Part shown: positions 34,726 through 45,070 of the stretch, piece by piece
Numbering within the stretch: position 1 is the first letter of the stretch
How the letters are laid out: the number at the start of each line of letters is the position of its first letter
Position numbers and translations under genes: made by a program
From: Tubulanus polymorphus
Taxonomy: Eukaryota > Animalia > Nemertea
Assembly (NCBI RefSeq): GCF_964204645.1
Contig: NC_134028.1
Span: 19,599,653-19,663,652 of the forward strand
DNA length: 64,000 bases
Direction: 5' to 3'
The notes under the pieces: model-generated
Told to the model about the DNA's origin: nothing
The model's input: the letters and a program-made list of their open reading frames with translations, nothing else
The model's database searches: none

Positions 34726-36171
34726 TTATTTATTTTTTGATATCATATTCACTAACCCAAAAATAATAGCACTTACAACTGTAATTAAAAATAAAATAAT
34801 ATGTTCAGCAGCAAAGTTAATAATGTTTCCTGCAGATTTCAATATAAAACCAACAATTGATGCAAAAACTCCTGGCAATGCTGCAGCAGATTTTTTAGAT
34901 AGTTCCCATAAATATTTTGCTAATTTCTTTAAACCATCCTTAACTTTATCTTGTATAGAATTATTATCATTCGGGGGTTTATCTGGTTTATTGGGAGTAG
35001 GAGTAGATTTCAGTGAATTTGATATAGCTAAACCTATTGTTGTAAATAACATAGTTACAGCTGTTAGAATTGAAAGAATTGTTATTCCTTCAAACTTAAA
35101 TAATAATTTTATTCTATCTTTTAGTGATATGTCAGAATTTGGTTCAATCAACAAATCTTTTAAAATAACTTTTAATCTATTAATATTATAATCATATGAT
35201 TTTAATAATATATCTCTTTCACCTTTCAGTACTTCTAAATTATCTTTTAAATTATCAATTTCTTTTTCTAAACGTAATTCTTTTTGCCTATATTCCATTT
35301 CATTAATTGCTTGATGGTCTAAATCATACTTTAGTTGTTCTATATCTTTATTTTTATCAGTTAATTCTTTTTCTTAAGTACTAATTTTAATATCTCTTAT
35401 ACTTTTATTATGTGCAATTTTATCAGCTTCATTTCTTATACTAATAATTTCTCTAATTGCTTCATCAGAAAATATATCTAAATTTTCTAATTCTTGATCT
35501 GTTGCATCAAGTAATCCATTTGGTAAAAGTTTTTCAGTTTGAACTTCTCTTGAATTAGGTTTACTAGTTTTGGAATTAATAACTTCTTTAGGAATTTTTT
35601 TTTGTCTTAACTTTTCATTAATTATCTTCTAAAAATAATCATTTCTTTTTTAAAATTCTTTTATATTATCATCTCTTTCTTCTTGTGTAACATCATTTAT
35701 AACATCATTAATGATTTTCTTAATTCTATCTGGTTTAAATAAATTAAAAGTTGATTGTGTTATTATTTTATCGTTACTTTTAAGATATGAAATCTTAAAA
35801 TAATAGTCGCCTTTCAATTTCCAATAATAATCACCATTTAAATATTTTAAATCTTTTACTAATTTATCCATACCTTTATTTGTTATATTGAAACCAGATC
35901 TTTTTAATATTGGTTTAAATCTTTTAAATTTTCATAATTTAATTTTTTTTTCTAATTCTGGTACTTCATTTTGAATATCTATTCTCGATTTAGCTCCTCT
36001 ATAATATTCATCTGTTGATGGGGCTTTAGAACCAGGAACAACTTCTGGTAAATTAGTATTATATTCTGGCTCATTATTATCATTAAAACTTGTTTCACTA
36101 AAATCAGGTGGCTGTTCATCAATTATATCAGGTTCATCTAAAGGATCCAATGGAATATCTACTTTTGCCAT
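34726..36171 (-). pseudogene. Conserved Polinton coiled-coil and membrane protein
   Basis: ORFs 35932..36171, 35650..35871 and 34726..35298 are joined by frameshifts/stops. Acidic ETSF N-terminus. Hydrophobic segments EGITILSILTAVTMLFTTIGLAI and ALPGVFASIVGFIL..IILFLITVVSAIIFGLV. Confidence 0.7.
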
Positions 36172-36190
36172 TTATATAATAAAAAAATTA
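36172..36190 (-). promoter_or_regulatory. Class II upstream motif TAATT(T)n-N-ATAA|ATG (putative late promoter); one of seven copies
   Basis: The same 21-23-nt arrangement precedes the ATGs at 34706, 36171, 37513, 42835, 43278, 43524 and 43898. Confidence 0.6.
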
Positions 36191-37513
36191 AAATTTAAAA
36201 TATAATATTCCTCCGATTACAATTCCTATACAAGTTAAAGCTAATTTAGCATTTTCATGGGATTTATTATCATCATTTAGTTTAATAATATCATGTTGAA
36301 TATTATCAGTTTTAATATTTTCTGATGTATTGTAATCTTTTATTTTAGAATCATTATTTAATTTAACATTATTAGTTTTAGTTTCTGTTGATTGAATGTG
36401 TTTTTTATTTTTTTCACCTTCCATTAATTTTGGAGCAGTAATAATCTTTTTATTTATATCATTTAATCCAAATGAATTATTTATTGTTGCAGTTTTAATT
36501 AGATTATTATAACCAATTACATTTCCCATCTTTAATACTAAATCATTAGAAATAATTAATAAATTAGGGCCTATACAATAATTTAATCTAATATGTGATT
36601 TATCTAAATAATTTTGATATCTTACAATGTTTTCTGGAATCGATCTATTTTTATCATTATGAATGGAATCTTCAAATAATACTTTGAATTGTTTCTGTGC
36701 ATCGAATGAAGGGTTATCATTTCCAACTATTGGGGATCTTGTTTCAACTTGCGCACCTGAAATACATATCAAATAAGTTCTAATTGATTGATTTATTCTT
36801 TGTATTCCGGCTTTAGTAAAACCTTCACTATTTTCTAAAATGAAATTAACCCAACCATTATTATTTTGTTGTTGTATATTATTATAATATTTTGGTAATT
36901 CTTTCCAATTTAGTGTTCTTATATCTGAATTTGTCATTATTTTTCCAAATTCTTTAGTAGATAATATTCCTAATCCACCCATTGTTCCAATTTTTGATCT
37001 AAAATCTTTATTTGAATTAATATTAAATTCATTACATATTTTATAAAACTTAGAAAAATTAATATTATTATTCAATTCTTTAAAATATTTTGTACCTGGT
37101 AAAGGACATTCTAATTCATCTAATATTAATTTTATTTGAAAATATGTATGAAATCTAAAAAGTGATAACATCAATGGTAAACTTGGTTTGTTTAAATGAT
37201 CATTCCAACTAATTCCACATCCTGTTGTTGCGCAATAAACAGCAAAATTTAATTGGTTCTGCCAATACTTCATATTAGATTTTAATAACCATTGTTTTGC
37301 CTCATTTAAATTTTTGAAATTAATTGTATACACATGAAATATATTTTCCATGTTTACATGAAAATTATTACTTTCAGTAACATAAATATATAAATCAATT
37401 AATGAATTTAAAACTTCATTTCTATATGTAATATCTTTATCAAAATCTATTGCTGGAATATTATATTTAATTGATTTATTATATTGGAAAGCTTTTGGAA
37501 AACTATCTGCCAT
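36188..37513 (-). CDS. Conserved Polinton hypothetical protein (441 aa) with C-terminal membrane anchor
   Basis: Intact ORF. YWQNQLNFAVYCATTGCGIS motif recognised from invertebrate Polinton proteins. C-terminal LALTCIGIVIGGILYF. Confidence 0.8.
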   Translation of the reverse strand: MADSFPKAFQYNKSIKYNIPAIDFDKDITYRNEVLNSLIDLYIYVTESNNFHVNMENIFHVYTINFKNLNEAKQWLLKSNMKYWQNQLNFAVYCATTGCGISWNDHLNKPSLPLMLSLFRFHTYFQIKLILDELECPLPGTKYFKELNNNINFSKFYKICNEFNINSNKDFRSKIGTMGGLGILSTKEFGKIMTNSDIRTLNWKELPKYYNNIQQQNNNGWVNFILENSEGFTKAGIQRINQSIRTYLICISGAQVETRSPIVGNDNPSFDAQKQFKVLFEDSIHNDKNRSIPENIVRYQNYLDKSHIRLNYCIGPNLLIISNDLVLKMGNVIGYNNLIKTATINNSFGLNDINKKIITAPKLMEGEKNKKHIQSTETKTNNVKLNNDSKIKDYNTSENIKTDNIQHDIIKLNDDNKSHENAKLALTCIGIVIGGILYFKF

Positions 37514-37556
37514 TTATATAACTGAAAAATTAATAATTAACTAATTCTTTTAATAA

Positions 37557-40500
37557 TTAGGGTTTTCTGACTTTCGTCGAAAACCCTTTTGTAATTCTGT
37601 TGATTGTTATTATTATTATTTACATATTTTCCACTTTTTTTTCGCACATAAAATTCATCTTCTATCAGATTCGACAACTAACTGCTTCTAATTGAAATGT
37701 AGAATTCTGATAGTAATATAACACGCATTCGCTCCGCGTAGATTATACCTATGCACTCTCCGTCCTATTTTAAACTTAAAATTACTTACTGAAAGCAGGG
37801 AAGTGTGATGATCACCACACTTCCCTGCTGAAAGATAACACCGGATGATAGTAGCAATCGCGACTCGCCCTGTACGGTACTCCCACTAACGATAAAAACA
37901 GCGTCCTGTCCTCTGTGGCATGGTGGATAAGGTGTTTGACTCCCAACTGAGAGGTCGAGGGTTCGAATCCTAGTGAAACCATGCATTATCACAGTACAGC
38001 GCCGGCGCGCAATAATTGTTTTATTAATGAAACAACATGGTGGATGGTTGAAATCATTTTCGGCTTAAATTTATCGCGAGTTTTAGGACTTTAATGAATT
38101 TCACGAAACCATGATTTCTAAAATGAAATTGATTAATTCTATTCGTAAATCAATTTACGTTGGCTACATTTCCTGAAGATTTCGGGGTCAAATCAACGTG
38201 ATATGGGTTGTAGGAATTTTCGCACGGAATTTTACTTCCGCGTTCAGTTGACGACTCGGATCGATGACAACGACAGCGGAGTTTATGTATTTTAAGGTGA
38301 GAATCCGTTAACCAGGGAATGTATTAAATGATTTCTTTAATAATATGAGTATGGTAGCAAATGAGTAGGCCTACTCGGTGAAGCAATGATCATTGTTGGC
38401 TACTTACTTAATGCCTAGCTTTTTTGGGGGATGCGCCTAGAATAGATTTAGGCCCTAAATATAATGGTAGAGCCAGTCAGTGGAATGCCTTAATAGCAGC
38501 TAGTTATGGCCTGGTTTACACTGAATGTGCATGACAATTTATTTTGATTACTTTCTTTCCAGCTATTATTCGTGGAATGAACTAGTCACTACGGTCATCA
38601 ATTCCTTTGCGGATACTTGCAGGAATATTAAACCACAGTGCGCAAATGTATGTTTCAAATTAGGCTTTTTCGACATTGACAGCCAAAGACGTAACTTAAC
38701 ACGCTAACTTAAGCGCAACTGTCTCAGATGCTGTAAGTACTTGACGTTTTGCGTAATTTTTTTTTTGTAATGCAATATTTGGATTAGTAAACAGTCGTGC
38801 TAACGTACATGCAGAATTGGCTTCATTGTAATTATGGGATGATAATTCATGGGCGTCACGAGTCGACATACCCTTGATATGAAGCTTTTTTAATGTTAAT
38901 CATTGACTTGTTTTGGAGTAAACTGAATAGCCCTTAAAATACCAATGCCACGTGGCTTGGTGTCTATGCTCTACGAGACTGTAGTAATAGATTTTCACAA
39001 CAAACTCATGATTTCAAATAGTCTCCTAAGATACCTATATATTATTTCGCTCCTTACCTAAGTAATTCTTACATTTGATTGCTTAATTACAGATGGAAAG
39101 AGGTCAGATGGCATGAAAATCGACTGTGGCTGACTAATTGGCGCGAGTTACCAAAATGCTTCAATCATCAGGGGTAGACAAATTAGCCGAAGATGAATGA
39201 AAACTTCACCTTGATGATCATCAGTTGATTTTGCTATAATTATTTGCCTGGATATATCCTTCATTTCAAAATCTGTCTTCAGTAGAATTTCTTTCAATAA
39301 AATATTTTGAAGATTGAATTTGAATTGATCTTAATACCAGAGAAAGCATTCAGAAATTTAGAAAATCCTTGACTCATAATCAAATTCTGTGAAGTCAGTT
39401 AAGGTCTTTTTGGTCGAATCAAGCCGAGGGTTCGTGTGACTAAAACTCAATTCCTCACTGTCTTATAATGCCGAGTACGACGGAGTTTACACACTGAAAC
39501 ACGTTGGGCTGTGTAAGTGTAAGTTGGACAAGTCCACAATATAATGACCGCCCTGCCCCGCTGCATCGGAGACGTCAACAAGTTAGACTGTATTGCTTCG
39601 ATGACAAACTGACTTCTACGCAACATGTCCATCCAATTCAAATGTAAATTAAGAAAGAAAACAACAAAACTAGTTGCGTTGATCAACAAAAATAAATCAA
39701 TAGTTTATTACAATACTTCAATTTCAAAATAAGGATAGGAAAAAATTGAACAATAAGTGTGTTTGCCATGCGCCTTTAAATATTTCCCAAGAATATGTCT
39801 TTGTCTGGCCACCACCTGCCTCGACGTCAGACTTTTTCGAGATTTTCGCTAAAAATACGAAACAAGACAAAATTGATGGATGGGAATCATACATGCTACA
39901 TTCACTTTTACTGCGAACATTGGAATGAGCTAAAGCAATTTTCTAGGAGGAAAAATTGAGTCAAATGATGTTTCAAAATCTGGACGGGAAAAGTTTTACT
40001 GAATTGTATGGCTAATGGCAAATACATGTTTATATTGATAAGGTAAATATCTGTATAAAAGGTTGTATAGCAACTTGAATTGAAGGATTAATGCAATAGG
40101 TCTCTTATTCTAAAAGACGAGTGAGCCATACTTACTAGATTGGTCATGTGAATCAACATCAAATTTAGAACTATCATCCATTTTTAGTTTTCAATCAAAG
40201 ACCAACCTATGAAATAAAGTACATATTTTTCTGATGACAACCTGGAATAAATTAAAATAAATCTGAGGAATTCACCAAATTTCTGTATCGAACACCTAAT
40301 AGGGCCTATATAACCTATAGATTGATACTTACATACGACAAATTGACGAAGAAACTTCATTTGACAGTATACAAACTCGGGGACAAACTCCCAAAATGAA
40401 TCATGTCCTATTCACCTAGAATCAAACAAAATACAACTAAAAAATTCACAATACAGATTTCGGTTTCGAATCCTTCAAATAGCTGTTTACTTACATGAAA

Positions 40501-42427
40501 CGAATTATCAAACTACTTCTGTCGACAGCATACCAACTCGCTGACAAACCCCCAAAATGAAACGTGTCATGATAATCTGGAATTAAACGGTAATAAAGCT
40601 ACAAAATTTACAAAATGTCGGTTTCGATTCCCTCAAATAGCCTTACACTTACAAATGATGGATCATCAAACAACTATGAACTCCCACAACGCCACATGTC
40701 TTTGATAATCTACAGTGAAAACCTGGAATTAAATGAAATAAATCTTAAAATTCCGATTTGAACCCAACGTAGGCCCTCTCTCTACTTGTAGGCCTAAGAT
40801 CTTGAAATAGGATAAATAATGTTATGATGAAAGAGGCATAATGGTTCGGAAAAAATTGAATTCAATATGGCTCTTGGCCCGGCAAAGTTTGCTTTTGAAA
40901 TATCCTTTTGATTAGGCCTAGTTACACATTTTAAAAGCAAATTTCATTTTGCATCAAACTAAAAGCGGCTTTGTTAAGGAAAAGATTCGTTTGAGTCGTA
41001 AAATTTATAGCCTAGAATCAATTTCTTCGTCAAAAAAGCATGATTCCTAAATAATAGAATAACCTTTCTTAGGTTTCATGATAAAGATGCAGCATTAACA
41101 TAGATTAATGCTTATCTTTTACAATTAGGCTTATGTTTCAAAGGAAAACGCCCACAGTTGGTCGAACAGGGGTTAGGCATTGATGGTAGAGGGGCTGTGT
41201 GTGTGAAAGAGAGAGATAAAAATGCACGGGAACGAGTTTGTCGAGTGGAGCTTATTATTCCATCGGATAGTGTACTATAGTCATGTTATATATCAAAATG
41301 TTCCTTATTAGTTTCGCTGCATCGCTAAAAACAAATTGAGATAGGTTTCCCTGCATTTTTTTACATATTACATCACTTACAACGATAAACGTCCGTCGCC
41401 GACTGAAAAGTTCACAAAAACTTCCGCTTTGAGAGCGCCACCGCACCAATTCAAATTAGATCGGAAACCCTCCAGCGATGCACTCTATGATCTTTAGAAC
41501 CTGTCTTTGCTGACTGGGAATAAGATATTTCTCAGCGCGAAGGGGGCGGGGCGCAGCGTCACCAGGTCCCGCTCCGCGAGGAAGCTAGATTTTCAAAGAA
41601 ATGAGTGCACGCGACGGCCGTGACCACTTGTTAGTGACGTCATCAAGAATGATGGCTCCGAGGATCGCCACATCACAGGTTACTGTGAATAAATGGGATT
41701 CGACCATTCAAAAGTTCAAAATGTACTTTCTTGTTTTGTAAAACAAGTGTATTCATGTTGTTATATAAAGCATTTTGTTTGAAACATTCTTTAATAATGT
41801 TTGTTGAGTTTTAAGCCAATTGTCGTTGTGTAATTCGATACTGGTCACTGACATCAAAGTTTTAGTTTCTGTTCACATGTTTCGACTTATAAATATCCAA
41901 CTTGTATGTTCTATCTTTTAATACAGGCCATGTGATTAATTGCGTATCACTCCATTAGTTTAAAAAGAGAGCACATATTTCGATATTGTTAAATAATTAA
42001 CTAAATTTTTTTCTGTCACACGTTGATTTTTACCCATCACTTATAAAATTCAAATGTACGTGATGTATTCTGTAAGCTATGTAAGCTTGTTCTTAAAAAT
42101 ACACTATGAATTTTCAATTTGTACTGACCATAATAGTTAATTTTTCGTAAATAACATTTATATTTTAATTAAATAATTTCAAAATCTTTTCTATGCCCTC
42201 TGCAACAGAAAGTTACTAAGGACTATAACATATTCAGATGTACGTTGATAATTGATTTCAATCCTCCCTTCAAATAATTATATGAACATTATTTCGGAAG
42301 ATGCAGGTGGCGCACAATCATAATACATACAACTCATCAAGCTGACGAGTCGTTTCCGTAACCACTTTTCAAACTATGAATAGCACGCCTGCTCAGAAAA
42401 CCCGTTATCGCTGCTTTGCAGCTATAT
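37557..42427 (-). mobile_element. HINE-like (Helentron-type) non-autonomous element inserted in copy B
   Basis: Same ends as 8645..9148. Removing it restores the reading frame ...EEQDK|LLKELVNY* of ORF 42835. No TSD. Confidence 0.75.
37905..37985 (+). other. tRNA-derived (SINE-like) Pol III promoter segment
   Basis: A-box-like TGGCATGGTGG and B-box GGTTCGAATCC at tRNA-like spacing. No convincing acceptor stem. Confidence 0.5.
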
Positions 42428-42835
42428 TTTATCTTGTTCTTCAACTGTTATATGACCATTTAAACTTATTATATAATCTAGTGTATTTTTCAATTTATTA
42501 ATTTCTTTTATATTAGTTTTAATTTTTTCTTTATTACTTTTTATATTTAATTTTGAACTTATACCGGTTAAAACACTTGAACTTAATCCTAATACGCCAA
42601 TTGATATAGCTAAAGGTGTTAATGGACTGAATATTGCTAGAAACGTTATTACAGAACTAATTGTAACCGAACCACTGATAATGAAATAATATATAATTTT
42701 ACTTTTTAAATATTTTTTCTTTTTAACTTTTAAGTCATTTTCAAATTCTAATATTTGTTTTTCTAAATATATTTTTAATTTAGTTTTACTGATATCATGA
42801 TGAATCATATCAATATTATCAACTTTATCATCCAT
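42428..42835 (-). pseudogene. Two-TM membrane protein; last 8 codons displaced to 37530-37556 by the insertion
   Basis: Hydrophobic segments IIYYFIISGSVTISSVITFLAIF and LAISIGVLGLSSSVLTGI; class II motif upstream. Confidence 0.75.
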
Positions 42836-42855
42836 TTATTTAGCAAAAAAAATTA

Positions 42856-43278
42856 CTAATTAGTAAACTTATACGCTACAAATATAACAATAACTGTTCC
42901 GCCTAAAATCCATATTATTTCATATTTCTTCTGTTGATTACTTGGGGTATAATAATCTGATAATTTAGGTTTGTATAGATGTAATTTTTCTTTATTTGTT
43001 ACTGCGTTATATAAACTCATTGCATCATCAACTGATTGAAAATCTCTATGTGAGATCTTCTGATCATATAATTCTTTGTTAATATAATCCACATAGTTTT
43101 GTCTCTTTTCTCTATATTCTTCTGCTGCTTTATTGTATTTCTCTAATGCTAAGTTATGTCTTTTTTGTTCTGTTAATGAACCATTTTTATCAATATGCTT
43201 AAATAAATAACCACCACCAGTAAATGCTAAGGGGTTAACAATTGCCGATCCTATAATAGTTATAACTGCAGAAGCCAT
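42856..43278 (-). CDS. Conserved Polinton small membrane protein (140 aa)
   Basis: Intact ORF with VNPLAFTGGGYLF..EQKRHNLALEKY and C-terminal IIWILGGTVIVIFVAY. Confidence 0.8.
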   Translation of the reverse strand: MASAVITIIGSAIVNPLAFTGGGYLFKHIDKNGSLTEQKRHNLALEKYNKAAEEYREKRQNYVDYINKELYDQKISHRDFQSVDDAMSLYNAVTNKEKLHLYKPKLSDYYTPSNQQKKYEIIWILGGTVIVIFVAYKFTN

Positions 43279-43302
43279 TTATTTAGTAAAATAATTATGC
43301 AT

Positions 43303-43524
43303 TTATATGGGAGGAATATATTTTTGTTTTTCTAAATAATCAATAGTTAAATTAGATAAAGTAACTGCTAATGTTAATTTTAAAATATCATTTATATCAA
43401 ATCTATCAACATTAACACTTCCCATTTTGAATACTTTTTTTAATACCATGGAATAACCAACAGTTCCAACTGATAGTAATGCTCCATTATATAATCCAGT
43501 TATTATCCACTTATTATCACTCAT
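43303..43524 (-). CDS. Small hydrophobic Polinton protein (73 aa)
   Basis: Intact ORF with class II motif, two hydrophobic helices and a DYLEKQKYIP end. Confidence 0.75.
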   Translation of the reverse strand: MSDNKWIITGLYNGALLSVGTVGYSMVLKKVFKMGSVNVDRFDINDILKLTLAVTLSNLTIDYLEKQKYIPPI

Positions 43525-43682
43525 TTATTCATCAAAAAAATTACTATCATCAAAATATTTAGTTATCTTAGTGATGATTAATTCAACATTTATTTCATTA
43601 CTAGTTTCATTTGTATTTATTTCAATTATTATTTTTTTTAATATCATCTATAATAAAATCTTCATCTAATTCATAAAATCTT

Positions 43683-43898
43683 CTAATTCATAAATCTTAA
43701 AGATTCTCTAATTAAATCAGTAATCTTTTCTACATTTAAAGTTTCTTTATCTATTGTTGTTTCATACTCAAATGTTGTTTCATTAGAAAATACAATATTT
43801 TTGATATGTGTAATTACATCATTAATGTTAAATTTCATTTCTTTCTCATGTTTAAAATCAAACCCAAAACATATACTCGGTCCAACAGTTATATTCAT
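43683..43898 (-). CDS. Hypothetical Polinton protein (71 aa; possibly truncated)
   Basis: ORF preceded by a class II motif within the gene array. No recognised domain. Confidence 0.55.
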   Translation of the reverse strand: MNITVGPSICFGFDFKHEKEMKFNINDVITHIKNIVFSNETTFEYETTIDKETLNVEKITDLIRESLRFMN

Positions 43899-43914
43899 TT
43901 ATATAGTGAAAAAA

Positions 43915-44670
43915 TTACTCTCTACATCTTATAACTAATTCATATATCACAGGAAAGTTATTCAAATCAATTACATATCCATTATGATTTCTTATTTCTA
44001 ATTTAAAATTATTAAATTTAGGAATGCATGGTTTGAAATCACATTCTGTTAAATTATAATTTACTTGAGTTCCAAATTGTTTAACATTTTTTAGCGGTAA
44101 AATATTTAGTATACTAGAACTAAAAATTGTTTCTTTAGTTGCTTCGAAAGTTTTTGTAGGCTCGATTAAATTGCAATAAATATAAAAGTGTGTAAAAGGT
44201 ATTATATTTGAGCTGCCTTCTGCGTTTCCAGTAACTGTAAGCGGTTTAATTCCTAACATTTTAGCCAGTGGTTTGTTTACCATAAATTTATGTTGTTCAT
44301 TAGATATCTTTATTCTAATTTTATTAGTACTATCAATTTTATTAAATTTAATTTCAAATACAGAAGTGCCCCCGATTTTCAACCGAGCTCTTCTATTAAT
44401 TTCCTGCGCTAATGATTCTAAATTATATAATCCTGGTTTTAAAAATATATGAAACCATTTATCTTTATTTCTCATATAAATCATAAACCCTCTATGTTCA
44501 AAAGTTTTATCCGATATGTTATAAAAAGAATTACATAAACTTATATTAACTAATTTTAAATCTACACAATTCTTGAATTCTCTATCTAATTGTACTAGTA
44601 AATTATGAGATTTATAATTTGTAGGCCTTCTAGAATCAACAAATATTCTGTATTCTTTTAATTCTACCAT
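43915..44670 (-). CDS. Minor capsid protein (penton, single jelly roll)
   Basis: Intact 251 aa with LCNSFYNIS, LKPGLYNL, FYIYCNLI, ILNILPL and C-terminal LEIRNHNGYVIDLNNFPVIYELVI, typical of Polinton/virophage pentons. Confidence 0.75.
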   Translation of the reverse strand: MVELKEYRIFVDSRRPTNYKSHNLLVQLDREFKNCVDLKLVNISLCNSFYNISDKTFEHRGFMIYMRNKDKWFHIFLKPGLYNLESLAQEINRRARLKIGGTSVFEIKFNKIDSTNKIRIKISNEQHKFMVNKPLAKMLGIKPLTVTGNAEGSSNIIPFTHFYIYCNLIEPTKTFEATKETIFSSSILNILPLKNVKQFGTQVNYNLTECDFKPCIPKFNNFKLEIRNHNGYVIDLNNFPVIYELVIRCRE

Positions 44671-44687
44671 TTATTTTACATATTTTC

Positions 44688-45041
44688 TTATTCGAAATCT
44701 ATTTCATGGTGCCCTTTTTCATTCTTACCTTTGTATATGAAATAGAAATCTCCAGAACATAATTCTTCTAAATCTTCACTTGATAATCTATGAAATCTAT
44801 CTGGTAAATATGTTCTGAATTTATATGTATTTCCTTTTAATCCTTCATATTCTAAGTGTATAACTAATTTATCTCCATATTTGTTAGTAACTCTATCAAT
44901 ATTTGTAATTAGATATTTCTTATGGATTATTAATTCTTTTAACTTCTTAAATTTATAATCTACAGATTTTACATTTTTAGTATCTTTTATTCTATCTAGA
45001 AATGATTTGTTGTTCTCACTGTGCGCTTGTTTACTCTCCAT
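44688..45041 (-). CDS. Small Polinton protein, putative OB-fold ssDNA-binding protein
   Basis: KKLKEL....YLITNIDRVTNKYGDKLVIHL...TYLPDRF...IYKG pattern; directly downstream of pPolB. The function is inferred. Confidence 0.5.
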   Translation of the reverse strand: MESKQAHSENNKSFLDRIKDTKNVKSVDYKFKKLKELIIHKKYLITNIDRVTNKYGDKLVIHLEYEGLKGNTYKFRTYLPDRFHRLSSEDLEELCSGDFYFIYKGKNEKGHHEIDFE

Positions 45042-45070
45042 TTATAATACACATTTTTATTAAAATTTGA

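Noticed and set aside
33369-35191. Plus-strand ORFs 33369..33896 and 34823..35191 (also 842..1234 minus, 45544..45843 and 49021..49248 plus)
   Set aside because: They are antisense shadows of Polinton genes, with no motifs or upstream signals of their own.
37905-37985. Functional tRNA gene
   Set aside because: A and B boxes are present but the acceptor stem does not pair convincingly, and it lies inside a mobile insertion; treated as tRNA-derived.
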